Origin: Nanobdellota archaeon
GTDB lineage: Archaea > Nanobdellota > Nanobdellia > SCGC-AAA011-G17 > GW2011-AR17
Length of the DNA stretch: 42,492 nucleotides
Assembly (NCBI GenBank): GCA_030018575.1
Contig: JASEIA010000001.1
Span: 1 to 42,492, forward strand
Reading direction: 5' to 3'
The position numbers and the translations under genes are program-made. Shown piece by piece: positions 16,932 to 24,903 of this stretch. Numbering within the stretch: the stretch's first letter is position 1; every line of letters starts with the position of its first letter. The notes under the pieces are model-generated. The model was given only the letters and a program-made list of their open reading frames with translations. It was not told the DNA's origin and ran no database searches.

Positions 16932-17209
16932 TATTTTCCCAGCAGCTGCCTGACGATTATCTTGAGAAATGCATTCCTGTAAAAGTGAAGTTTGCCCATA
17001 TAAGGCTGCTTGCGCTGCATCCTATAGATATTGTAGTTACCAAGATTGGCAGGCTGAATGAAAGGGATGTGGAAGACATTAAATCGTGTGTTAATAAGTT
17101 CAGGCTTGCGAAGAAGGATGTTGAAAAGAGGGCTTTGCAGGTCGTGGATGTGGGGAGAGAGGAGAATTACAGGATTAATTTGAAGTATGCCTTGAAAGAG
17201 TTCTTTTGA
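16928..17209 (+). CDS. Nucleotidyltransferase (AbiEii/DUF6036-like), C-terminal half in another frame
   Basis: It starts in an ATGA overlap with the previous ORF. LALHPIDIVVTKIGRLNERDVEDI looks like the helical C-part of the same family. This is either a split gene or a frameshift. Confidence 0.45.
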   Translation: MIFSQQLPDDYLEKCIPVKVKFAHIRLLALHPIDIVVTKIGRLNERDVEDIKSCVNKFRLAKKDVEKRALQVVDVGREENYRINLKYALKEFF

Positions 17210-17236
17210 AAGGCGGCGGGAGAGCGCCCCTGAACC
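17210..17236 (+). repeat. 27-nt direct repeat, copy A
   Basis: AAGGCGGCGGGAGAGCGCCCCTGAACC matches 17643-17669 at 22 of 27 positions. Read in frame after the upstream stop it gives KAAGERP-stop. Confidence 0.7.
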
Positions 17237-17312
17237 TCCGTTATATTCCTATAGGAATATTTTTGTCAATAAATTATTTATATGCCCTTATGTTAGCTTT
17301 ACTGTGGTTAAA

Positions 17313-17666
17313 ATGTCAAAATACAATAAAATACGGACAAAATATGCAAGGAACAAGCTGAAGCAGGCGGGTCCGAAGGACAAGGATTACATAGATGCGC
17401 TGATACGGATAGAGGAATTTGCTGAAGGCAGGGTATACGGATTGTATAGCGGTTATGAAAGAGAGGCTCTTAAGAGCAGGTTCCCTGCTGAATGGAAAGC
17501 CGTTAACATGGAGATTCGCCCCAAGGCGTTTATTCAGGAGCTCGAGGAAGAGCGGAAAGAGGGAGAAAGGCTTGGCAAGGCTGTAAAAGAGATAGAACGG
17601 GAAGATCGACTTGAAGCGCAGGAACAGATGAGGGCGTGGAGGAAGGCGGTAAGGGAGCGCCCCTGA
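17313..17666 (+). CDS. Hypothetical charged helical protein
   Basis: 117 aa from ATG 17313 (the ORF track starts at GTG 17304). No recognisable motif. It ends with KAVRERP. Confidence 0.55.
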   Translation: MSKYNKIRTKYARNKLKQAGPKDKDYIDALIRIEEFAEGRVYGLYSGYEREALKSRFPAEWKAVNMEIRPKAFIQELEEERKEGERLGKAVKEIEREDRLEAQEQMRAWRKAVRERP

Positions 17667-17669
17667 GCC
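17643..17669 (+). repeat. 27-nt direct repeat, copy B
   Basis: AAGGCGGTAAGGGAGCGCCCCTGAGCC covers the last 7 codons and the stop of the 17313-17666 gene. Confidence 0.7.
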
Positions 17670-17677
17670 CAAAAATA

Positions 17678-18037
17678 TTATTTTAATTTATGGCTGTCCA
17701 CTGCAGGCGCCCCTATAAAGCGCAGGAAATCCCATCTTCTGAAATCAAGCTTCTTTATCTTGAAATAAGCGCTTAAGAGCCCAATCTCCTTTTCCTGGGG
17801 CTTATGGAGGATTACAATGCAATGCGATTCTGTTATGCTCTTAAAATTCCTTAATATCTCATCATAAGAAGGGTATTCTATTACCTGCATATGTTCGTTC
17901 TCAGGATTTATATTGCCTGCTTTTACAAACAGTTTCCTGTCAGCTTCTCCAAGCAGAAAATCAAAAAAGTAGCCTGCATCATTTACAAGAATTGTCCTTT
18001 CCATTATTGGCAATTCTCCGAGCATTGCCTGTTTCAC
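17678..18037 (-). CDS. Hypothetical 119-aa protein, toxin-sized (weak PIN-like N-terminus)
   Basis: ERTILVNDAGYFFDFLLGE resembles a PIN first strand with an acidic residue. ATGA overlap with the upstream 87-aa ORF. Confidence 0.4.
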   Translation of the reverse strand: MKQAMLGELPIMERTILVNDAGYFFDFLLGEADRKLFVKAGNINPENEHMQVIEYPSYDEILRNFKSITESHCIVILHKPQEKEIGLLSAYFKIKKLDFRRWDFLRFIGAPAVDSHKLK

Positions 18038-18297
18038 TTTTTTCTCCTTCTTGCCTCTTTAAGCCTGCGCGGCTTCCCGAATATCCGGCTTCCGTCCTTT
18101 CTTCTTCCAATCACATCCCTCTCTGTGAAATTTCTCAAGATTCTGCCCTCCTGCGCCATGCTCAGTTCCTGCTCCTCAAGCTTTTTTTGTAGCGCCTTTA
18201 ATTCATCCGACAGCGCAGCACTTTCCCTTTCTATTTCTGCCACTTTCTCTTGCAGGCAGCATATCTTTTCGCCTATCTGTTTTATATTGTCAGCCAT
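18034..18297 (-). CDS. Hypothetical 87-aa coiled-coil protein with basic tail, antitoxin-sized
   Basis: Coiled coil EKVAEIERESAALSDELKALQKKLEEQE and C-terminal KPRRLKEARRRKK. Confidence 0.45.
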   Translation of the reverse strand: MADNIKQIGEKICCLQEKVAEIERESAALSDELKALQKKLEEQELSMAQEGRILRNFTERDVIGRRKDGSRIFGKPRRLKEARRRKK

Positions 18298-18421
18298 AGT
18301 TACCCCTTGATTAGTATAGCTTAAAACACTACTTTATAGTGCTATAAATGGTAAACTAAGGAAAAGAGGTTGGGATTATAAGAATGCCCTCTGGTTTTGC
18401 CGCGCTGCCCAAAGCCCTGGT

Positions 18422-18625
18422 TCAGCGCCCGCCCTTATAAGGCTCAATTTCATCCAGGATTATTCCTGTGCCAAGCACATCCCCTTCTTCACCAATCAAT
18501 ATCTCCCTTACTTCGAATCTTATGGCAAAAGAAACATCCCATCCTGCGCTCTCAAATTCCTTTTCAAATGCCTTTAATGCCTCGTGCATTGCTTTCATCA
18601 TATCCGCCCTTACTTCTTCCATCAT
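18422..18625 (-). CDS. Hypothetical 67-aa acidic protein
   Basis: ATGA overlap with the stop of the upstream AlbA_2 ATPase gene. No motif recognised. Confidence 0.4.
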   Translation of the reverse strand: MMEEVRADMMKAMHEALKAFEKEFESAGWDVSFAIRFEVREILIGEEGDVLGTGIILDEIEPYKGGR

Positions 18626-20001
18626 TTTTCAACAACCTCCCAATGCCCTCCCTTGTCAGGACCTATTCTTTTGAGTTTGTTTTGCAGCTTGAGCTTTTCT
18701 ATATCTCTTTTAATTGTTTTGCCTGTAACTTTTAATAAATCAGCCAAAGCAGGTATTGAAATATGACTGTCTTTTTCCATATAGTTTAGGATTGCCTGCT
18801 TGCGTTTTTCAGGGACATTTTCAGGGACATTTTCAGGGACATTTTCTACCCCCTTTATGGCGTCTTTTTCAGTGTTTTTCTCCATCCTGTGAAACACAAC
18901 CCTGAACCATCCTGTCTCGGTCCGAAAATCAACAGGAAGCAGATATTCAGCGCAAAGCTCCCTTATCCTCTTAATGCCTGAGCCCACCCTTTCAACAAGC
19001 TCAATGCGATACGCCAAATCCATAATCAAAGGATTCCTTGGAACACTAACACTCCCAAGCTCCTTTTCGTCAAACAAAAGCCTGCCTGGATTTGATATTT
19101 CAACCCTGTCTATGAATATGTCAACCTGCACGTGCCCCAAGGAAAAATAATCCCTGTGCACCATTGCATTGACCAAAGCCTCCCTTAAGGCATCTTCAGG
19201 CAGCTCAAGCCTGCTTGTCCTTTTCCCGCCTTTTATGATGAAATTGGTGTTAAGCTTTGAAAGCACATAGCTAAAGGCAGCATTGAAATTAGACAGGAAA
19301 TCATCTGGAAATTCCTTCATGTCAATGATATCCACCCTTTCGCTGCCCTTAAAAAGCGCGCAGATGATAACAGAGTTCATAAGGTATCTCTTTACATTGC
19401 TGCTGAAAAACAGTACGCCTGCATTGTTAATCTTGCCTTCAACAGAAAGATTAAGGTTTTTAAGCAGATGCTCAAGGGGCAAACCCGAAGGAATTTTTGC
19501 CTTTTCAAGGAATTTCCCGAATTTAGAATTGTCAAAATCAGCCCTGTCAAAATCAGGGCTTGCCTTCCTGTCAAAGAACAGCTGGTTTTCCTTCTGGAAA
19601 AATTCCCTTATCTCATCCCTGCTGAGCTGCTGCGAATTCGCGCCTATCCTGATGTAGAAATGCCCTCCTGCCGCATATGGCTTCTGCTTCCCCTCAGGCA
19701 CGTGTATTACTGCAAGGTTGTCTATCTGCTCTATATTCACTTCCAATGGCGGGTCAAGGTTCCTTGCAGTGTCCTGAATCCTTGAAAAGCCGTCATTGCC
19801 AAGGCTAATGCCTATAATCTCCCCCTTATCATTCACTCCAAGAATGATTCTTCCGCCTGAGGAGTTTGCAAAGGCGCAGATTGCCTTGCTCAAGTCGCCT
19901 GTAATCCTTTCCTTGAGCTCAAGAGTATAGCCCTCGCCGCTTTTTATCAGTTCAACAGCCTCTTCTTTGTTCATGAGTTTTGGTTTATAGCTTGTGTTCA
20001 T
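18622..20001 (-). CDS. COG2865-type protein: AlbA_2 (Schlafen-like) domain plus ATPase-like domain plus C-terminal wHTH
   Basis: N-terminus EGYTLELKERITGDLSKAICAFANSSGGRIILGV (AlbA_2 signature), central ALVNAMVHRDY, and C-terminal HTH ISIPALADLLKVTGKTIKRDIEKL. Confidence 0.75.
   Translation of the reverse strand: MNTSYKPKLMNKEEAVELIKSGEGYTLELKERITGDLSKAICAFANSSGGRIILGVNDKGEIIGISLGNDGFSRIQDTARNLDPPLEVNIEQIDNLAVIHVPEGKQKPYAAGGHFYIRIGANSQQLSRDEIREFFQKENQLFFDRKASPDFDRADFDNSKFGKFLEKAKIPSGLPLEHLLKNLNLSVEGKINNAGVLFFSSNVKRYLMNSVIICALFKGSERVDIIDMKEFPDDFLSNFNAAFSYVLSKLNTNFIIKGGKRTSRLELPEDALREALVNAMVHRDYFSLGHVQVDIFIDRVEISNPGRLLFDEKELGSVSVPRNPLIMDLAYRIELVERVGSGIKRIRELCAEYLLPVDFRTETGWFRVVFHRMEKNTEKDAIKGVENVPENVPENVPEKRKQAILNYMEKDSHISIPALADLLKVTGKTIKRDIEKLKLQNKLKRIGPDKGGHWEVVEK
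18811..18846. repeat. Three perfect tandem 12-nt units inside the CDS
   Basis: AGGGACATTTTC x3 encodes ENVPENVPENVP in the linker before the HTH. Confidence 0.9.
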
Positions 20002-20010
20002 AAACTCTTC

Positions 20011-20036
20011 GCCTGAAAAACGTGCGTTTTTCCGGC
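20011..20036. promoter_or_regulatory. Hairpin or palindrome 10 nt upstream of the AlbA_2 gene start
   Basis: GCC-T-GAAAAACG-TG-CGTTTTTC-C-GGC. Confidence 0.45.
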
Positions 20037-20152
20037 ATACCCAGAAAATTCCCGCAGCGAATCTGAAAATTCAGGACAAAAATAAGAGATTCAGGCAGAA
20101 ATTTCCGGACTTGCCGAAAGGGAATTTTTGAGTCCGTCGTCAAATCTGCCAG

Positions 20153-20252
20153 CACGAAAAGCAAAGCTTTTCGGGCATCTGCAAAGCCTGCGGGCTTTGC
20201 CAATAAAACATGAACGCATTGCGTTCATCTGCCTTCCCCGCAACCTTTATAT
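20153..20252 (+). promoter_or_regulatory. Conserved upstream block, copy 2: three hairpins plus TATA box
   Basis: CGAAAAGC-AAA-GCTTTTCG (within 20153-75), GCAAAGCC-TGCG-GGCTTTGC (20181-20200), ATGAACGC-ATT-GCGTTCAT (20210-28) and TATA TTTATAT (20246-52), 24 nt before ATG 20276. Confidence 0.6.
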
Positions 20253-20275
20253 CCCTCCACTTCCTCTAAACAACC

Positions 20276-21703
20276 ATGACCTCCATCACACTCTACGGCG
20301 GCGTCAATGAAATAGGCGGAAATAAAATCCTCTTGGAAGACAAGGGCGTAAAGCTCTTCTTTGACTTTGGGCAGTCTTTCAGCTTTGGAAACGACTACTG
20401 CTACGGCTATCTTCAGCCGAGAAGCAGGATAGGATTGCTGGACTATTTTGAGTTCAACATGCTTCCCAAGATAAAGGGAATATACAGCAGCGAAGAGCTC
20501 TCGGCGTGCTCAGGCTTTCCGTACACAAGCCCGAAAATCCACGGAGTTTTCATATCCCACTGCCATTCTGACCATATCAACCATATCAAGTTCTTAGACC
20601 CCAAAATCCCGATACACGTTGGCCACGGAACAAAGACAATAATGGACATCAGCGAAGTAACAAGCGCATTTGCCGACTACGGCGAAGAGCATAACTACCG
20701 GCTTTTCAAGTCAGGGGACAAAGTAAAAGTAAAGCACATAGTTGTAGAGCCAATCCACGTTGACCATTCAATTCCCGGCGCCTACGGCTTCATAATACAC
20801 ACTTCAAAAGGGAATATCATCTACACAGGCGACTTAAGGCTTCACGGCCCGAAGGGCGACATGACAAAAGAGTTCATCAAGAGGGCAAAGGAAGCGAATC
20901 CCGTTGCAATGCTTTCAGAAGGCACAAGAGTCACAGAGCATGACCCTGAGGCATCAAACACAAGCGAGGCATTGGTTGAGTCAGAGGCAAAGAAGATAAT
21001 AAGCAATGCAGAGCACATGGTGCTTGCAGACACTGCAATAAGGAACATTGACAGGCTGATGGCTTTTTACAATGCGGCTGTCAAAAACGACAAGTTCTTT
21101 GTGATTGACACGAAAATGGCTTACACCCTTGACATGCTGAAAGACAAGATTGACTTGCCAAATGTCATTAAGGGCAAGCACATAAAGGTGTATTTCAGGC
21201 AGATGAAGAGCTGCACTTATATTGAAAAAGACTATCCGCTTTGGGAAAGGCCTTACATGCAGAACATGGTGAATGCAAAATGGGTGCACCGGAACCAGGA
21301 TGATGTCGTAATGGCTTTCAACATCTATAAGCTGTTTGAGCTTGTTTCAATACGCCCGAAGAAAAATTCTGATTACATCTATTCAATGTCAGAGCACTTC
21401 CTTGAAGGGCCTGACAATGCAGAGGCTTTGGGAGTAAGAAAGAACTGGATGGAACACTTCAAGTTCAAAATGCCGGAAAAGAACTACGCTGAAATTGACA
21501 ATAAAGACGGGACAAAAGAGCCAGTGCCAATACACAAGCTGCACGCCTCAGGCCACATGCCTAAGGAGGATGTTATGAATATGATAAGAACAATTAATCC
21601 AGATATGGTAATCCCGATACACACGCAGAATCCCAAGTCCTTCGGTCAGTTTCATAAAAGAGTAGTGCTGCCTGAGATTGAGAAGGAGATAAAAATAAGG
21701 TAG
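20276..21703 (+). CDS. MBL-fold beta-CASP ribonuclease, archaeal RNase J-like
   Basis: N-terminus ITLYGGVNEIGGNKILLE, HxHxDH motif ISHCHSDH, and C-terminal HASGHMPKED plus IPIHT. Confidence 0.65.
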   Translation: MTSITLYGGVNEIGGNKILLEDKGVKLFFDFGQSFSFGNDYCYGYLQPRSRIGLLDYFEFNMLPKIKGIYSSEELSACSGFPYTSPKIHGVFISHCHSDHINHIKFLDPKIPIHVGHGTKTIMDISEVTSAFADYGEEHNYRLFKSGDKVKVKHIVVEPIHVDHSIPGAYGFIIHTSKGNIIYTGDLRLHGPKGDMTKEFIKRAKEANPVAMLSEGTRVTEHDPEASNTSEALVESEAKKIISNAEHMVLADTAIRNIDRLMAFYNAAVKNDKFFVIDTKMAYTLDMLKDKIDLPNVIKGKHIKVYFRQMKSCTYIEKDYPLWERPYMQNMVNAKWVHRNQDDVVMAFNIYKLFELVSIRPKKNSDYIYSMSEHFLEGPDNAEALGVRKNWMEHFKFKMPEKNYAEIDNKDGTKEPVPIHKLHASGHMPKEDVMNMIRTINPDMVIPIHTQNPKSFGQFHKRVVLPEIEKEIKIR

Positions 21704-21748
21704 TCTCGTAAGAGATTTTAGAATATTGCATAATGAAATAAAACATCA

Positions 21749-21772
21749 ATTTCACGGCGGCAGCCCTGCCTT
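21749..21772 (+). repeat. 24-bp perfect direct repeat, left copy
   Basis: ATTTCACGGCGGCAGCCCTGCCTT is identical to 22966-22989. Confidence 0.9.
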
Positions 21773-21832
21773 TTCGAAACAGAAACCCTTAAATATATGT
21801 CGTTACCACCATAATACTATGGTGGTATTAAC

Positions 21833-22417
21833 ATGAGGAACAAGGACGCAGTAATCATAAAATATCTTATAGAAAATAAGAGCAAAGAGCTGAATATTCT
21901 CAGTATATCCAAGGAATTAAGAATGGACTACAAGAATATTTATTCCATTGTAAAGAGGCTTGAAAAGGAATCTCTTGTCAGGCTGGAATCTTTCGGGCAA
22001 TCCAGCAGGGTTAAGCTAATCTTCCGGATGCACCCGCTTATTTTTGAGGCTGAATACCAGAGAAGGAAAGAGCTGCTAAAAGACAAGAATCTGGCGGTAA
22101 TGCTTAATGACTTTAAAAACTCAATAAAATCAAAATGCTATGTATTTCTTGTTTTTGGCTCTTATGCAAAGAAAACACAAACAAAGAATTCGGATATTGA
22201 CTTAATGTTCATTGTCCCGGACGGAAAGGAGGAATTATTTGAAAAAGAAGTTCATAGAATAGCAAGCTCATTGCCCCTGCCCATACATTATTTGGTATTT
22301 TCCGAGAAGCAATTTGTAGAGATGAGATATGCCAAAGAATCCAATGTCGGGCAGGAAGCTTTAAAAAACAACATTGTTTTATACGGCATAGAAACATATT
22401 ACGAGATGATACAATGA
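21833..22417 (+). CDS. wHTH plus minimal nucleotidyltransferase (MNT)
   Basis: LVFGSYAKKTQTKNSDIDLMFIV, with an N-terminal wHTH-like ILSISKELRMDYKNIYSIVKRLEKESLV. Confidence 0.75.
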   Translation: MRNKDAVIIKYLIENKSKELNILSISKELRMDYKNIYSIVKRLEKESLVRLESFGQSSRVKLIFRMHPLIFEAEYQRRKELLKDKNLAVMLNDFKNSIKSKCYVFLVFGSYAKKTQTKNSDIDLMFIVPDGKEELFEKEVHRIASSLPLPIHYLVFSEKQFVEMRYAKESNVGQEALKNNIVLYGIETYYEMIQ

Positions 22418-22953
22418 TCGACAAGGAAAGAATAAAAGAAGCCAAACAGAGTTTTGCCCAATATCTGCGGGAAGGGCTTATTAAGAAACAAACGAACGAA
22501 ACTGCAAAGGCAATGTACATAAAAAATGCGGATTTGTCCTTAAAGCTTGCAGAAGAATGCATGAACAGCAGCTTAAAGCCTTATATCTGGGTTGTTGTCA
22601 TATCCTATTATTCCATGTTTTACATTGCAAATGCTGTTCTGCTTGAGCTCGGCTATAAAACAGGTGATAAGGTGGTGCATAAAGTCACCAATGACGCCTT
22701 GATTGTCCTTGTAATGGACAAGCTAAAGAAAGGCATGCTGGAAGAATATGAAACTGCAAAAGAGGATGCCTTGGAGATTGCTTCAGTCAAGTCAGACGAG
22801 ATTATTGCGCTTTACGGCTTGGAATTGGACAAAAGGTCAAGGTTTCAGTATAACATGACTGAATCCATACAAGAACAGAAGGCAAATACTTCGCTAAAAA
22901 GGGCAAGGCAGTTCATGCTTGAGATGAAGAAGTTGCTATTATTCAAAAAGTAA
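22414..22953 (+). CDS. HEPN-like helical protein partnered with the MNT
   Basis: 4-nt overlap with the MNT gene. All-helical, with LELDKRSRFQYN in the position of the HEPN R-x-x-x-x motif. Confidence 0.5.
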   Translation: MIDKERIKEAKQSFAQYLREGLIKKQTNETAKAMYIKNADLSLKLAEECMNSSLKPYIWVVVISYYSMFYIANAVLLELGYKTGDKVVHKVTNDALIVLVMDKLKKGMLEEYETAKEDALEIASVKSDEIIALYGLELDKRSRFQYNMTESIQEQKANTSLKRARQFMLEMKKLLLFKK

Positions 22954-22965
22954 ATTTATTCTTTG

Positions 22966-22989
22966 ATTTCACGGCGGCAGCCCTGCCTT
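22966..22989 (+). repeat. 24-bp perfect direct repeat, right copy
   Basis: ATTTCACGGCGGCAGCCCTGCCTT, 13 nt after the HEPN stop and about 100 nt before the Pop5 start. Confidence 0.9.
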
Positions 22990-23091
22990 CTTGGCTCATC
23001 CTTCCCGCCTCTTTTTTGACGATAGCAACATTTATATACCACCTCTCTTACTTTATCCTACGTAGAGAGAAGGAAGAAGGAGATATCTTCT

Positions 23092-23433
23092 ATGGCGGTT
23101 AAGGCAATGGCTCCCTCAATGAGGGAAAAGAAAAGGTACATTGCGTTCGAGGCTGTGGCTGAAAAGCCCTTGCCGAGGGATGCAGTGATAAGGGAAATAA
23201 GGGAAAGCATGTCTCAGCTAATCGGAACTCTGGGCATGGCAAAGGCAGGACTGATATTTCTTCCTGACTGGGAAAATAACAAGGGAGTTTTAAGAATAAG
23301 CCACAAATACACTGACATTGCCAAGTCAGCAATCGCATTGGTAAAGCAGATAAATGGCAATAACGCCATAATAAAGAGCGTTAATGTGTCAGGAATACTG
23401 AAAAAATCAAGAAATAAAATCGGAGGTAGGTAA
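23092..23433 (+). CDS. rnp2: RNase P protein component 2 (Pop5/Rpp14)
   Basis: REKKRYIAFEAV..LGMAKAGLIFL..GVLRISHKY. First gene of the exosome superoperon arrangement. Confidence 0.8.
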   Translation: MAVKAMAPSMREKKRYIAFEAVAEKPLPRDAVIREIRESMSQLIGTLGMAKAGLIFLPDWENNKGVLRISHKYTDIAKSAIALVKQINGNNAIIKSVNVSGILKKSRNKIGGR

Positions 23434-23434
23434 T

Positions 23435-24139
23435 ATGCAAGACATGAGCCATCAGGCAATGGGATATGACAGGGCGAGCACCATGTTCAGCCCGGACGGA
23501 AGGCTGCTTCAGGTAGAGTACGCAAGGGGCTCTGTAAAGCTTGGAGCAACTACGATAGGAATGGTCTGCAAGGACGGGGTTTTATTGGTTGCAGACAAGA
23601 GGGTAACTGACAAGTTAATAGTCGCAGACTCAGTTGAAAAGATTTTCCAGGTTGACGAGCACATTGGCGCGGCTGCAACAGGCTGCACAATGGATGGAAG
23701 GGTATTAATAGAAAGGGCAAGGGTTATTGCCCAGCAGCACATGGTTACTTACGGAGTTCCGATAGACACTCTGGACTTAGTGAAGGAAATCTGCGACATC
23801 AAGCAGTTTTACACCCAGTACGGCGGAGCAAGGCCTTTCGGGGTTTCAATACTGTTTGTAGGCGTGGATGACAACCCTACATTATATGTTACAGACCCGA
23901 TGGGCGTTTACTTTGAATACAAGGCAACTGCAGTGGGAGAGGCAGAGGATGAAATAAAGGCAATGCTCAATAAGGAATTCAGGGAAACCATGTCAATTGA
24001 GGACGGGGTCAAGCTTGCGGTAAGCGCTTTCAAGAAAGTGCTTGGCAAGGACTTTGACTTAAGAAGGATAGACGCGGCTTTCATAAAGGCCGATGAAAAA
24101 AAGTTCACAAGAGTGGACAAGCGAAAACTAAAGCTTTAA
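23435..24139 (+). CDS. psmA: Proteasome subunit alpha
   Basis: YDRASTMFSPDGRLLQVEYA signature. Confidence 0.95.
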   Translation: MQDMSHQAMGYDRASTMFSPDGRLLQVEYARGSVKLGATTIGMVCKDGVLLVADKRVTDKLIVADSVEKIFQVDEHIGAAATGCTMDGRVLIERARVIAQQHMVTYGVPIDTLDLVKEICDIKQFYTQYGGARPFGVSILFVGVDDNPTLYVTDPMGVYFEYKATAVGEAEDEIKAMLNKEFRETMSIEDGVKLAVSAFKKVLGKDFDLRRIDAAFIKADEKKFTRVDKRKLKL

Positions 24140-24169
24140 TGGTGCGTAAAATGGCTATTTTATGCACTA

Positions 24170-24189
24170 AAGAAAGCCGAAGCTTTCTT
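24170..24189 (+). promoter_or_regulatory. Hairpin between psmA and rrp4
   Basis: AAGAAAGC-CGAA-GCTTTCTT, an 8-bp perfect stem. Confidence 0.5.
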
Positions 24190-24206
24190 GTGACAGGAGA
24201 CGAAAA

Positions 24207-24902
24207 ATGGGAAAATTATTGGTAGAGGAAAAATCTATCGTTGTTCCCGGCGACTTCCTTGCGGATGGGATGGATTATCTCCCTGCAGGCGGCGCATTCA
24301 GGGAAAACGACAAGGTCATAAGCTCGCAGGTGGGGGTTGTTGAAATCAACGGCAGGCTTGTAAAAGTCATACCCCTTGCAGGCGCTTATGTGCCTAAGAG
24401 AGACGACGTGGTAATCGGAAAAGTTTCCGATGTAAGCTACTCAAACTGGTTTGTTGACGTTGGGTATGCATTTGACGCTGTAATGTCGCTGAAAGACGGC
24501 ACCACAGATTTTATAGAAAGAGGAGCCGAGCTGAGCGAATACTACGGCATAGGCGACTTTGTGGTTGCAAGGGTTTCAAATGTTACAAAGTCAAAGATGA
24601 TAGACATCTCAATGAAAGGGCCGGGCTTGAGAAAGCTTATCGGCGGAAAGGTAATACAGATTTGCGCCATAAAAGTGCCAAGAGTAATCGGAAAGCAGGG
24701 CAGCATGGTTGGCATGATAAAGGATGCGACAGGCTGCCAGATTATAGTCGGGCAGAACGGAAGAATATGGGTTTCAGGAAAAAATCCGGAAGATGAGCTT
24801 CTTGCAACGCAGGCAATTGAGCTGATTGAGGCAAAAGCCCACATATCAGGATTGACTGAAGTTGTGAAAGAGTTCCTTGGCAAGAACAAGGGGGGAAACT
24901 AA
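24207..24902 (+). CDS. rrp4: Exosome complex RNA-binding protein Rrp4
   Basis: S1 domain VIGKVSDVSYSNWFVDVG and KH domain GKQGSMVGMIKDATGCQIIVGQNGRIWV. Confidence 0.92.
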   Translation: MGKLLVEEKSIVVPGDFLADGMDYLPAGGAFRENDKVISSQVGVVEINGRLVKVIPLAGAYVPKRDDVVIGKVSDVSYSNWFVDVGYAFDAVMSLKDGTTDFIERGAELSEYYGIGDFVVARVSNVTKSKMIDISMKGPGLRKLIGGKVIQICAIKVPRVIGKQGSMVGMIKDATGCQIIVGQNGRIWVSGKNPEDELLATQAIELIEAKAHISGLTEVVKEFLGKNKGGN

Positions 24903-24903
24903 A

